Assembly (NCBI GenBank): GCA_964348895.1
Contig: CAYGEH010000001.1
Location: 312,002 to 376,001, forward strand
Source: an uncultured Gammaproteobacteria bacterium
GTDB taxonomy: Bacteria; Patescibacteriota; Microgenomatia; 0-14-0-10-38-17
Direction: 5' to 3'
DNA: 64,000 nt
Part shown: positions 8,892 through 18,194 of the stretch, piece after piece
Layout: the number at the start of each line of letters is the position of its first letter
Numbering within the stretch: position 1 is the first letter of the stretch
Position numbers and translations under genes: made by a program
Notes under the pieces: generated by a model
Told to the model about the DNA's origin: nothing
The model's database searches: none
The model's input: the letters and a program-made list of their open reading frames with translations, nothing else

Positions 8892-11477
8892 ATGACCAAT
8901 CTATACCAAAAATTAAAATTAGATGTCGCTAACTGGAGACAGCAAGGTTACTCCTCCTCCTATCCTGCTATTACCACCATCCTCCAGCGCAATCAAGGCA
9001 ACTTTCTAAGAAAGGCACAATTCGAGGCATTAGAGACTTACTGGTATCTCAGGCTGATTAAAAACACTCCCAACATCTTTGATCTCTATAAGGATTACTT
9101 TCCAGGGAAGACCCTCTTTGAAGCCTTTGGATTGAAACACTTGATCGAAAACCTGCCAGAAGACTTAATCACCCCAGAGCTTACCCAGGGAATCCTAAAA
9201 AAAATTGAAACAGATGATGCCTTTATAAAGCAAAATAAATTAGAAGCACTGAGGGAGACACTTACCCTTTCATATCCAAGTTACATTCTGGCATTGGCAA
9301 TGGGAGCGGGCAAAACAATCTTGATGGCTTCAATTATCGCCACCGAGTTTGCGATGGCACTGGAATATCAGGAGGAGGACGGCATCTTCATTAAAAACGC
9401 TCTGGTATTTGCGCCTGGGAAAACCATTTTAGGTGCTTTGAGGGAAATCTCCGATACTCCCTATGATAAGATACTGCCTCCTCGTTTTTATAAATCCTTT
9501 ATCACCAATGTTAAATTCACCTACACCAGAGATGGCGAGAAAGACATTCCCGTTATCCGAGGCAGCTCCTTTAATGTTGTTGTCACCAACACTGAGAAAA
9601 TAAGACTTCAAAAGAACAGCATCCCCAAATCTTTCCTATCTGGGCAGTTAAGGCTTGGGATAGAAGAAGCCAAAGAACTTGTGGCTAATTTAAGGCTACA
9701 GACCATTACTTCATTGCCTCATTTGGCAGTCTTTTCAGACGAAGCCCATCACACCTATGGACAAGAGCTGGCAAGCGATCTTAAACGGGTAAGACAGACC
9801 ATTAACTACATTGCCGAGAAAACCAACCTTCTGGCGGTGGTCAATACCACTGGCACACCATACTACCAAAGACAACTCCTGCGGGATGTCATTTACTGGT
9901 ATGGGCTATCCCAAGGCATCGAAGACGGCATTCTTAAAGAGGTTAGAGGCAACATTATGGCTTATCCTAAGGTCTCCGAGGAAGACTTTGTTATCGATAT
10001 TGTCAAAGATTTCTTCCAAGAATACAAAGATGTCCGAGTTAATAACGGCGAATATGCAAAACTGGCAATCTACTTCCCTCAGGTCGCTGACTTAGAGAAA
10101 GCTAAACCCATTGTGGAGCAAACTCTCATCTCATTAAAAATTGACCCATCAATTGTCCTGCCAGTGCATAACAAGTCAACTGACGAGATCAAAGACCTTT
10201 TTGATAATCGCATCAACGACCATAAATTGCCCTACAGGGTCTTTTTACTCGTCAACAAAGGCACTGAAGGATGGAACTGCCTATCCTTATTCGCCACCGC
10301 TCTGGCAAGGAAACTCACTTCAAGCAACAACTTTGTTTTACAAGCTGCCAGCAGGTGTCTAAGGCAAGTCAACGGCAATACCAAAAAAGCCAAGATTTAC
10401 CTCTCAAAAGACAATGTCTCCATTCTTGATCGGCAGTTGCAAGAAACCTTTGGTGAGGGGCTGGATGATCTCAACAGGGCTTCTACCGACACGGTAACAG
10501 TTAAAGTAACTCTTAGAAAAATTGAATTAGAGCCTTTACTTATCAAAAAGCTCATCCAAAAGATAGTCCCAGAAGACTTGAAAGCTGAAGAAAGTCTAAA
10601 AATCAATAAACCAGGCAAAGAAACGGTCAAATCCTTTGAAAAAACCATTTACTCCATGTCCAAAGCCCAAAGAAAAGGGGTGTTAGTTGAAGTGGGCACT
10701 AAAAAAGGAACGGTAACGGACAGGAAAATCGACCTGTTCCAAGCTGCCGTGGTTCTAGCTCATACTTACCGCTTAGACTCGCTAAAAACTTATAAATTGC
10801 TTCAAGGTTTATACCCAGACGGAGAAATTGGAGCGTTTGAACTGGAACTTATTCGTTCCCAAATAGAAAAACAAACCATGCGCTATAAAGTGGTTAACGA
10901 GACAGTCGAAGAAGCACTTGCCCTAATCAAGCAAAAGGGGTTCGAAGAAGAAATTGTTGACGGTAAAACCTCCTATGTGACCCACATCAGAGTTAACAAA
11001 ACCTCTCTGGAGAAATATGTGCTGGAGCTGAAAAATTACAAGGCAAAGGCTGGGCAGTTACCGCTCTTTGGCTTTCATTACGACCCCTACAATTTTGATT
11101 CAGAAGATGAGCGAGAGTTTTTTGAGAGAATGCTTACCAAACTCGGTGAAGACCCCGATAATGTTGAGGACATTTATTACACAGGCGCAATTAACGATCC
11201 CGCCAGAACTGACTTTATCTTTGAGTATAAAGATGACAAGGGAGACTGGCACAGTTATACCCCCGACTTTTTAATTCGCAAGAAAGACGGCAAGTCCTTA
11301 ATCGTAGAGGTAAAAGCCCCAAAATACAGGATTAAGGAAGCTGAAAAAGAGATGCAAGAGCTGGAAGCGATAAATCCTGATAAAATAAAGTATGAACTCC
11401 TGCTCTTAGAGGAAGGAGAATCAGTATTTGGTAAAGTTGCACCTGTTTTTAACTGGATTTACCAAAAACAAGAATAA
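8892..11477 (+). CDS. res: Type III restriction enzyme, Res subunit (SF2 helicase + PD-(D/E)xK nuclease)
   Basis: Walker A-like LAMGAGKT, DEAH box FSDEAHH, C-terminal YTPDF...LIVEVK nuclease motif; stop abuts mod start (TAA-AT-ATG). Confidence 0.85.
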   Translation: MTNLYQKLKLDVANWRQQGYSSSYPAITTILQRNQGNFLRKAQFEALETYWYLRLIKNTPNIFDLYKDYFPGKTLFEAFGLKHLIENLPEDLITPELTQGILKKIETDDAFIKQNKLEALRETLTLSYPSYILALAMGAGKTILMASIIATEFAMALEYQEEDGIFIKNALVFAPGKTILGALREISDTPYDKILPPRFYKSFITNVKFTYTRDGEKDIPVIRGSSFNVVVTNTEKIRLQKNSIPKSFLSGQLRLGIEEAKELVANLRLQTITSLPHLAVFSDEAHHTYGQELASDLKRVRQTINYIAEKTNLLAVVNTTGTPYYQRQLLRDVIYWYGLSQGIEDGILKEVRGNIMAYPKVSEEDFVIDIVKDFFQEYKDVRVNNGEYAKLAIYFPQVADLEKAKPIVEQTLISLKIDPSIVLPVHNKSTDEIKDLFDNRINDHKLPYRVFLLVNKGTEGWNCLSLFATALARKLTSSNNFVLQAASRCLRQVNGNTKKAKIYLSKDNVSILDRQLQETFGEGLDDLNRASTDTVTVKVTLRKIELEPLLIKKLIQKIVPEDLKAEESLKINKPGKETVKSFEKTIYSMSKAQRKGVLVEVGTKKGTVTDRKIDLFQAAVVLAHTYRLDSLKTYKLLQGLYPDGEIGAFELELIRSQIEKQTMRYKVVNETVEEALALIKQKGFEEEIVDGKTSYVTHIRVNKTSLEKYVLELKNYKAKAGQLPLFGFHYDPYNFDSEDEREFFERMLTKLGEDPDNVEDIYYTGAINDPARTDFIFEYKDDKGDWHSYTPDFLIRKKDGKSLIVEVKAPKYRIKEAEKEMQELEAINPDKIKYELLLLEEGESVFGKVAPVFNWIYQKQE

Positions 11478-11479
11478 AT

Positions 11480-13327
11480 ATGACAAACGATAAAACAAAT
11501 AAAGAATTAACCAAGTCTCTCTCTGACGAGATGAAGATTGAGGCTAAGATAAGCAAGATAAAGATTGAAACGCCAAAAGGTAGACCTCTACTCCATTGGG
11601 TCAACAAACACCCGTTAGAATATGTCACAGGCTTCCCGACACAACTAACAGAGGTTTTTGACCCCCAGAAGAAAGACAAATTCCCAGAAACTCCTAAATA
11701 CAATGAGCTTGAAAAAAACTGGCACAATCTCTTATTTCATGGTGATAATAAAGAAGTTTTAGCCACACTCCTGGAGCAGGGTTTTAGAGGCAAGGTTGAC
11801 CTTATTTACATCGATCCCCCGTTTGCCAGTAACAAAGACTACATAAGGAAAGTTGAGCTGCGAGGATTGAAAGATTTAGGAAAGATTGAAGAAGATAGCG
11901 AGTCTATCATCCAGCAGACGATGTATGAAGATATTTGGAAAAGGGACGAATACTTCCAATTCATGTATGAGCGGTTAATTTTACTGAAGGAATTGCTGGC
12001 AGAAACAGGCAATATTTATGTCCACCTTGATTTCAGGATGGTTCACTACATTAAAACGATAATGGACGAGATTTTTGGAGAAGACAATCTACAAAACGAA
12101 GTTATTTGGGCTTATAGGACGGGTGGATCAAGTAAGGGGAACTGGAGTCAGAAACACGACACAATTCTTTATTATTCTAAGTCGGACAAACCAACCTTTA
12201 ATTTACAGAAAGAAAAGGCTTACACAAAAAGTAAGTCGAGAAAGCCTGGTGTAATTGATTACGGTGGCGGAACTGCTGAATTTTTTGAAGACGAATACGG
12301 CGTTTACAATTTAGTTCACGCCAGAGATGTATGGGATATTCCTTATATCAATTCACAATCCGATGAACGCCAAGACTACGCAACTCAAAAACCAGAAGAA
12401 TTGTTGGATAAAATTATCAAGGCTTCTTCAGATAAAAATGACTTAATTCTCGACTGTTTCGTGGGTTCTGGCACAACTTGTGCTGTAGCTCAAAAGTTAG
12501 GGAGACGCTGGATTGGTGTAGATGTAAATAAGGGGGCAATTCAAGTTACCAGTAAAAGACTACAGAAGATTATCAAAGATCAAAAGGAAACCAAATACCC
12601 CACCTTCGTAATTTACAAGGTTAATAACTACGATTTGAGAATCCTGAAGACTGAGGTTAAGGAACTGGCTATCCAGCAATATGGAATTACTAAGGTCAAA
12701 ACGGACACTTTCTTTGACGGTTTGCGGGATAGTGGTGAGCTGGTTAAGATTATAGATTTCTATCATCCCTTAACACTACTTGACCTACAGCTGATCGTTG
12801 ATGAGCTTAACAAGCGCCCAGACGAGGATAGGGATGTGGTGGTCATCTCACTGGGCAGGGAGACAAAGGTTGATGCTTGGATTGAGGAATGGAATAAAAA
12901 ACAGCCTTATAAAGACACCAGAAGCAAGAAACGCATGCGCCAGTTTATTATCTTCGACCTCAAAGACAAAAACTTTGTGAGCTATGAGCCATCAAAAACG
13001 GAGATAGAAATTAAGAGGATGGGGAAAGGCAAAGTGAAGATTAAGATTACATCCTTTATCTCACCCACTATCATTAAACGCTTGGAGCTTGAACCAGGGC
13101 TCTTGCAAAAGAAAATCCCAGATTTCAGGTCGATGATCGATGTGGTGCTGATTGACACAGACTACAACGGTGAAGTATTTAAGATTGGTTTCTCGGATGT
13201 TCCCGAAAAACAGAAAGATTTAGTTAAGGGCGAATACGAACTTGAAGTAAGCGAAAAGCCAACCAAAGTGGCAGTCAAAGTCATTGACATGTTAGGAGAA
13301 GAAGTTCTGGTCACCAAAGAGGTGTAA
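11480..13327 (+). CDS. mod: Type III restriction-modification Mod subunit (beta-class N6-adenine/N4-cytosine DNA methyltransferase)
   Basis: Motif IV IDPPF (aa ~110) precedes motif I DCFVGSGTT (aa ~325) = beta-class order typical of Type III Mod. Confidence 0.85.
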   Translation: MTNDKTNKELTKSLSDEMKIEAKISKIKIETPKGRPLLHWVNKHPLEYVTGFPTQLTEVFDPQKKDKFPETPKYNELEKNWHNLLFHGDNKEVLATLLEQGFRGKVDLIYIDPPFASNKDYIRKVELRGLKDLGKIEEDSESIIQQTMYEDIWKRDEYFQFMYERLILLKELLAETGNIYVHLDFRMVHYIKTIMDEIFGEDNLQNEVIWAYRTGGSSKGNWSQKHDTILYYSKSDKPTFNLQKEKAYTKSKSRKPGVIDYGGGTAEFFEDEYGVYNLVHARDVWDIPYINSQSDERQDYATQKPEELLDKIIKASSDKNDLILDCFVGSGTTCAVAQKLGRRWIGVDVNKGAIQVTSKRLQKIIKDQKETKYPTFVIYKVNNYDLRILKTEVKELAIQQYGITKVKTDTFFDGLRDSGELVKIIDFYHPLTLLDLQLIVDELNKRPDEDRDVVVISLGRETKVDAWIEEWNKKQPYKDTRSKKRMRQFIIFDLKDKNFVSYEPSKTEIEIKRMGKGKVKIKITSFISPTIIKRLELEPGLLQKKIPDFRSMIDVVLIDTDYNGEVFKIGFSDVPEKQKDLVKGEYELEVSEKPTKVAVKVIDMLGEEVLVTKEV

Positions 13328-13357
13328 TTAGATATTCCTCTCAAAGATTACTGATTT

Positions 13358-13383
13358 AACTGCCCTTAATTGGGCAGTTTTTG
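13358..13383 (+). terminator. rho-independent terminator after mod
   Basis: AACTGCCC-ttaatt-GGGCAGTT 8-bp perfect stem followed by T-run (TTTTTG), 30 bp after the mod stop. Confidence 0.6.
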
Positions 13384-13395
13384 TAGAAAAATAGC

Positions 13396-14001
13396 ATGAT
13401 CGATATAAAAAACTTTGATCCTAAAAAAGACCTTGAAGAATTTCTGAAACCCTATGGTGAGAAGGCGCTATTAGATTTTAGAGATAAAGTCACTCAGGAC
13501 TTGAAAAGAATTTCTGAGAGGCATAAAAGCCTGCTAAAAGATTCTGAAAACTTCAGACTGCAGTTAATTACCATTGCTGGTGGAACAATTTCCATCTTTG
13601 TTGCCCTACAAGGAAACTTTGATATTTCACTGCTGACAAAACTGGGTTTTGCTGGTTTGGGCGTATCTTTGATATTGGGTGTAGCTTCGCTGTTTTTTGG
13701 TCTTGAATCAAAGCGATTTAAAATTCAATTAGAGGAAAGCAGTAATTTATTTCAGCAGAAACAGGCGCTTGATTTTCTTGAAAAGCTTTATCGTCTCGAT
13801 ATCAGCTCAGAAAAAGAGATACTTTCCTGCTCAGAGAGTTTTAAGAAAGAATATGATGCCGACCTCAAAAAAAGACAGAAACAGATAAACAAAATTCTGA
13901 ATTTTATACACCTGGACGCTCAAAAAGTTGAAAACGGACAGTTAATTTTATTTATGTTAGGGATAATCTTTATCGTTTCGGGATTGTTCCTGCGTGTCTA
14001 A
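13396..14001 (+). CDS. hypothetical membrane protein (2 central TM helices + C-terminal TM, coiled-coil flanks); first gene of 3-gene cassette
   Basis: Hydrophobic segments LITIAGGTISIFVAL, GFAGLGVSLILGVASLFFGL, LILFMLGIIFIVSGLFL; 201 aa; no homology recognised. Confidence 0.55.
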   Translation: MIDIKNFDPKKDLEEFLKPYGEKALLDFRDKVTQDLKRISERHKSLLKDSENFRLQLITIAGGTISIFVALQGNFDISLLTKLGFAGLGVSLILGVASLFFGLESKRFKIQLEESSNLFQQKQALDFLEKLYRLDISSEKEILSCSESFKKEYDADLKKRQKQINKILNFIHLDAQKVENGQLILFMLGIIFIVSGLFLRV

Positions 14002-14032
14002 TTAAACAATTAAAGCAGCCTGGTAAATAACT

Positions 14033-14746
14033 ATGAAAAACATAAATGATCTTCTAACTGAACTGGCTAAGGGTGCAACTCACATCATCAGCAAGCCAGA
14101 AACAATAAAGGAGCTTCAGAAGCAAGGGGTAAAGTTTGATGAACCCCAAAGATTGACTCCTGAACAAGCTGTCAAAAGCATATTTTCCCAAAGAAAAGCA
14201 GTTGCCTTAACCAACATAGCCAAATTCACTTCTCCGCCAGATATTGCTATCCCTACAATTGGTTTTCTTTATGATGAAATTCGGGAGTGTATTCTATTCG
14301 GACTTTATGGAGCTGCAATTTCTTTAAGTGCCGTTTTGGTGGAATTTTCACTCAAACACGCCATTATCAAGAAAAAGTGTGGAGACGCCTATGATAAAAA
14401 CGAATGGGATCGAATCGAAAATGTAGAACTTAACCCAACCATTAAAGAAGCCAAACAATTAGGCGTTATTGATAGAGAAACAGAAAAAAGGCTGATCAGC
14501 TTCAAAAACACTATCAGGAATCCCTATTTACATTACAACATAAAGAAAATCACAAAAAATGTGGCTATAAGAAAGGTGAAGCGGTTCGATATTAAAACGA
14601 GAGAAGTGAAAGAAGTCGACCTAGATGCGAAGGATAATCCTGTTGTTTGGGGATTTGCGAAAAGATTTGTTGATAGGGAGATGGTTTTTCAAGTCTTTGG
14701 ATTTGCAGACAATTTAGTAAAATATCTTTTTTCAAATAGCACATAA
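14033..14746 (+). CDS. hypothetical protein with RNxxxH (HEPN-like) motif
   Basis: RNPYLH at residues 162-167 (nt 14516-14533) matches the Rx4-6H HEPN RNase signature; 237 aa; 3-bp gap to next gene. Confidence 0.5.
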   Translation: MKNINDLLTELAKGATHIISKPETIKELQKQGVKFDEPQRLTPEQAVKSIFSQRKAVALTNIAKFTSPPDIAIPTIGFLYDEIRECILFGLYGAAISLSAVLVEFSLKHAIIKKKCGDAYDKNEWDRIENVELNPTIKEAKQLGVIDRETEKRLISFKNTIRNPYLHYNIKKITKNVAIRKVKRFDIKTREVKEVDLDAKDNPVVWGFAKRFVDREMVFQVFGFADNLVKYLFSNST

Positions 14747-14749
14747 GTT

Positions 14750-16390
14750 ATGAGCAAAAATAAGAAAATCGGCAAGAAAACAAACACGCCCTTCATAAGA
14801 TTCAGACACGGAACGAGGTTAGAGATAGACCCTAATGTTAGAGAATCGATAAAGGAATTTTTGGAGAATTATAAGCAGCAAGGTGAACAAACATTTCGTA
14901 GTCTCATCAAAGATATTGCTGATGGTTCTGGCTGGGGCATACACCCAGATTCTACCTGGCACAGAGCGATTCAAGAATTGTTTGAGAGATATCGAGACTG
15001 GGAATCACCATCAAGAGATAATGCTATCGCTGCTGTAATTGAAATACTGGAGATTTTGGCTAGAGGCACTGAACCTCAGACAACTTGGGATGAAGTCGTT
15101 AAAAAGCTAGAAAACAAGTTAGAAGTCCTAAGTGGTTGGGAATACTCTCACATTAAAAAGTTTGGTGAGCAGGATGGGATTAAAAGGGACGCAGATGACT
15201 ACTACATGGAAAAAGGCGGTCAGAGAGTCGATGTGATAGGCACAAAAACTTTGGAAGAAAATAAGTTTGATTACATTCAGGACGACATCAACAGAGATTA
15301 CGGTAATATCGGGTCTTTACTCAAATTGGCGGAGATGCTTTTTATATCTTTGGACTTTGTAGCCAATCCACAGCACTATCGTAAGGAACTTTCTTACGCC
15401 ATGAGCGAAGCGGATAGTAATACTTGGTTTCTACATGGAAGATGGCGAGTAGAAACATCATACGAGTTAATTCCCATTAGCTGGCATCCACGCAGCTGTT
15501 ATACCGATATTGATTGGTTAAAAAGCGAGGCGATAACCATTCTTGCTAGAAAATGCAGAGTTGAGCAAGAAGCGATCCCAAGAATACTCTCAACTGAGGA
15601 TAGTCTTTCAAGGTGGCAGGAGGCATTTCAAGGGTATGCCCTTCAATATGAGACAGCTTATGAAACAGACATAATTCTAGGAAGTGAGCCGTTTGGATCT
15701 TCTCCAGAGGAGCTTTACATTGATTTTGAAGGAAGGAAACTGAGGTGGATTAACGGCACAAAGTATGTTTACCCATCCCTGATAATTCCAGCAAAAGACG
15801 ATACCTACGAAGAAGAACGAGAAATTGCTCGACGGTTTGTCAGTGCGCTAGTGTTTTCGGAAAAGTATCCCATTAGAGAGATTACGAACGCTGCGTGTCC
15901 GAAAAGATTTGCTCCGCTTATTCGCCAGCCACGATCAAATATCTTTCTTGGTATTTCAACAGATATTCTTGCTTTACTTGGTCAACTGAGGACAGAGAGA
16001 CAGTGGCAAGCACTTTCGTATTACAAGGAAGCGGTAAACTCGGAAAGCATTTATTACCAGTTTTTATGTTATTACAACACAGTCAAATTGGCATTTCTCA
16101 ATGCAAACAATGAGGAAGATACGAATCGAGTCGACCAGTGGATAAATAGCCAAGCACCAAACTTAAATATAACTCCATTACTTACAAGGCTAACTAGCCA
16201 GGGAACGACACTAGCAGCTTATTTGAGACACGAAGGAGGGAGGAATGCTATTGCACATGTTGGGATGCTAAGGGGTAATCACCCAACCATTGTTCCAGAT
16301 AATCCAGATGATCGTCGCAGGATTCAAGAAGTGTTGCCGATTGTTAGAGAATTGGCAACGAAAGTAATAGGAGACGGAATGGTCAGTTAA
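14750..16390 (+). CDS. hypothetical protein with C-terminal RNxxxH (HEPN-like) motif
   Basis: RNAIAH at residues 498-503 (nt 16241-16258) preceded by a helical Y-rich segment (YYKEAVNSESIYYQFLCYYNTVKLAF); 546 aa; no other family recognised. Confidence 0.5.
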   Translation: MSKNKKIGKKTNTPFIRFRHGTRLEIDPNVRESIKEFLENYKQQGEQTFRSLIKDIADGSGWGIHPDSTWHRAIQELFERYRDWESPSRDNAIAAVIEILEILARGTEPQTTWDEVVKKLENKLEVLSGWEYSHIKKFGEQDGIKRDADDYYMEKGGQRVDVIGTKTLEENKFDYIQDDINRDYGNIGSLLKLAEMLFISLDFVANPQHYRKELSYAMSEADSNTWFLHGRWRVETSYELIPISWHPRSCYTDIDWLKSEAITILARKCRVEQEAIPRILSTEDSLSRWQEAFQGYALQYETAYETDIILGSEPFGSSPEELYIDFEGRKLRWINGTKYVYPSLIIPAKDDTYEEEREIARRFVSALVFSEKYPIREITNAACPKRFAPLIRQPRSNIFLGISTDILALLGQLRTERQWQALSYYKEAVNSESIYYQFLCYYNTVKLAFLNANNEEDTNRVDQWINSQAPNLNITPLLTRLTSQGTTLAAYLRHEGGRNAIAHVGMLRGNHPTIVPDNPDDRRRIQEVLPIVRELATKVIGDGMVS

Positions 16391-16549
16391 GTGTTAACCT
16401 TGTGTGCCCCTGTGTTGACTTGTGTGGGGCTTTCGTGCCTGGGGTGGATAAGTTACCTTAATTTAGCTTCAGAAGCCTCGTTGGGGATTTGTTGCAGGAT
16501 CTGTAGTGGCTCCGGGAGGACTCCTTAACCTCCATACTTATTTGGGCTA

Positions 16550-16891
16550 GCCTGGAGAATTACTAAGGATAAGTATGAGGAAAAAACGAAAGAGTATCGG
16601 GTAAAACAGAAGGAAATTAGCGGTAAGATTGCCAAACTAAATTATGCTGACGAGGAATACTATTTAACCTCGGAATACCTACTAAAACTGGCTTCTAATG
16701 CAGGAAAATTGTTTGAGAGTTCTGGAGTTCACGAAAAACGGCTACTTTTAAAGATGACACTTCAGAACTTGGAGTTAAATGACAAAATAACCCGATTTAA
16801 ATGGATAAAACCGTTTGACAAAATAGCTTTTTACACCTCTCGTCAGCCTTGGCTCCTCGGGGAGGATTTGAACCTCCGACCAACCGCTTAA
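16550..16891 (+). pseudogene. C-terminal remnant of a large serine recombinase, reading into tRNA-Asn
   Basis: Open frame ...YRVKQKEISGKIAKLNYADEEYYLTSEYLLKLASNAGKLFESSGVHEKRLLLKMTLQNLELNDKITRFKWIKPFDKI... has the same architecture as the C-terminal coiled-coil/tail of the intact recombinase at 28024-29520; no N-terminal catalytic domain upstream (stop at 16547-16549). Confidence 0.45.
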
Positions 16892-16925
16892 CAGGCGGGC
16901 GCTCTACCAACTGAGCTACCGAGGA
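16851..16925 (-). tRNA. tRNA-Asn (anticodon GTT)
   Basis: Cloverleaf TCCTCGG-TA-GCTC..GAGC-..-anticodon loop CTGTTAA-..-GGTTCAAATCC T-arm-CCGAGGA-G-CCA encoded on minus strand. Confidence 0.9.
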
Positions 16926-16995
16926 ATATTTTTTAATATCAATAAACGACTAAATTATAACATGTAGCAGACAGGAAAGGCCTTAGCTAAACCGC

Positions 16996-18165
16996 TTAAT
17001 CTAGATAGTCTTGAAGTTTTTTCCGCCTTGAGGGGTGTTTTAGTTTTCTTAAAGCTTTTGATTCAATTTGCCTGATTCGCTCTCTGGTAACACCAAAGTG
17101 TTTTCCCACCTCTTCCAGGGTTCGGGGTCGATCGCCATCTAGGGCAAACCTTAACCTTAAAACCTTAGCTTCTCGATCGCTTAAGCTCGATAAAACTTCA
17201 TCAACATTTTCTTTCAACAACTCTCTGGCTGCCTCTTCGTAGGGAGAAAGACGGGAGTCGTCTTCAATGAAATCACCTAAAACCGAATCTCCCTCCTCAC
17301 CCACTGGCGCCTGTAAAGATGCGGTATCTTGAGAAATCTTAAAAACAGTTTTTACCTTAGAAACAGGCAGTCCTAATTCTTCGGCAATCTCTTCTGCTAC
17401 TGGTTCTCGGCTTAATTTCTGAGTCAATCGACGACTGGTTCGATAAACTTTATTAATTGTTTCCACCATATGCACTGGGATTCTAATTGTTCGAGCCTGA
17501 TCAGCAATCGCCCGAGTAATAGCCTGGCGAATCCACCAAGTGGCATAAGTCGAAAACTTAAAGCCTCGCCGCCAATCATATTTTTCAGTTGCCCGAATTA
17601 AACCCTTATTGCCCTCTTGAATTAGATCTAAAAAGGATAGCCCTCGGCGAAGATACTTTTTGGCAATTGAGACTACTAGACGAAGATTGGCCTCCGTTAA
17701 TTTTTTCTTAGCCTCAATCGACCCCGCTTCAACTTTTTTTGCTAACTCAATTTCTTCACTCGCCTTTAAAAGGCTAATTCTGCCAATTTCTTTTAGGTAA
17801 TTTCTAACCGGATCAGTAATTTCTCCAGTCTGGGCGACTATTTTTTCAATCTGGGCGGCAAATTTAGCAAAGTCTTCTTGATTGGATTCTTCTAGGTCAA
17901 GCGACTCGAAAACATCCACACCCCTTTTGATTGCCCAATAATAAAACTCATCTAACTCCTTAACTCTTTCCTCAGCATCGGGAAAAACAATCAAAACTTC
18001 CGCTTGAGTTAAAAAGCCCTCGTCTTCACCTTTTTTAAGCAACTGTTTTGCTTCAAGGGAAAGAAAGGTTTTTTTCTTAGACGAATCTTTGTGGTCAACC
18101 TGACTTTTAGTTGAGGCTACTTTAGGCGAAGAAGCGGTTTTTTTAGAAAGACTTTTTTTGGCCAT
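16996..18165 (-). CDS. rpoD: RNA polymerase sigma-70 factor RpoD
   Basis: Regions 2-4 conserved: [54 protein letters not shown]; [26 protein letters not shown]. Confidence 0.95.
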   Translation of the reverse strand: MAKKSLSKKTASSPKVASTKSQVDHKDSSKKKTFLSLEAKQLLKKGEDEGFLTQAEVLIVFPDAEERVKELDEFYYWAIKRGVDVFESLDLEESNQEDFAKFAAQIEKIVAQTGEITDPVRNYLKEIGRISLLKASEEIELAKKVEAGSIEAKKKLTEANLRLVVSIAKKYLRRGLSFLDLIQEGNKGLIRATEKYDWRRGFKFSTYATWWIRQAITRAIADQARTIRIPVHMVETINKVYRTSRRLTQKLSREPVAEEIAEELGLPVSKVKTVFKISQDTASLQAPVGEEGDSVLGDFIEDDSRLSPYEEAARELLKENVDEVLSSLSDREAKVLRLRFALDGDRPRTLEEVGKHFGVTRERIRQIESKALRKLKHPSRRKKLQDYLD

Positions 18166-18194
18166 AAAAAACTTCTTTCTATTCTATCACAAGA

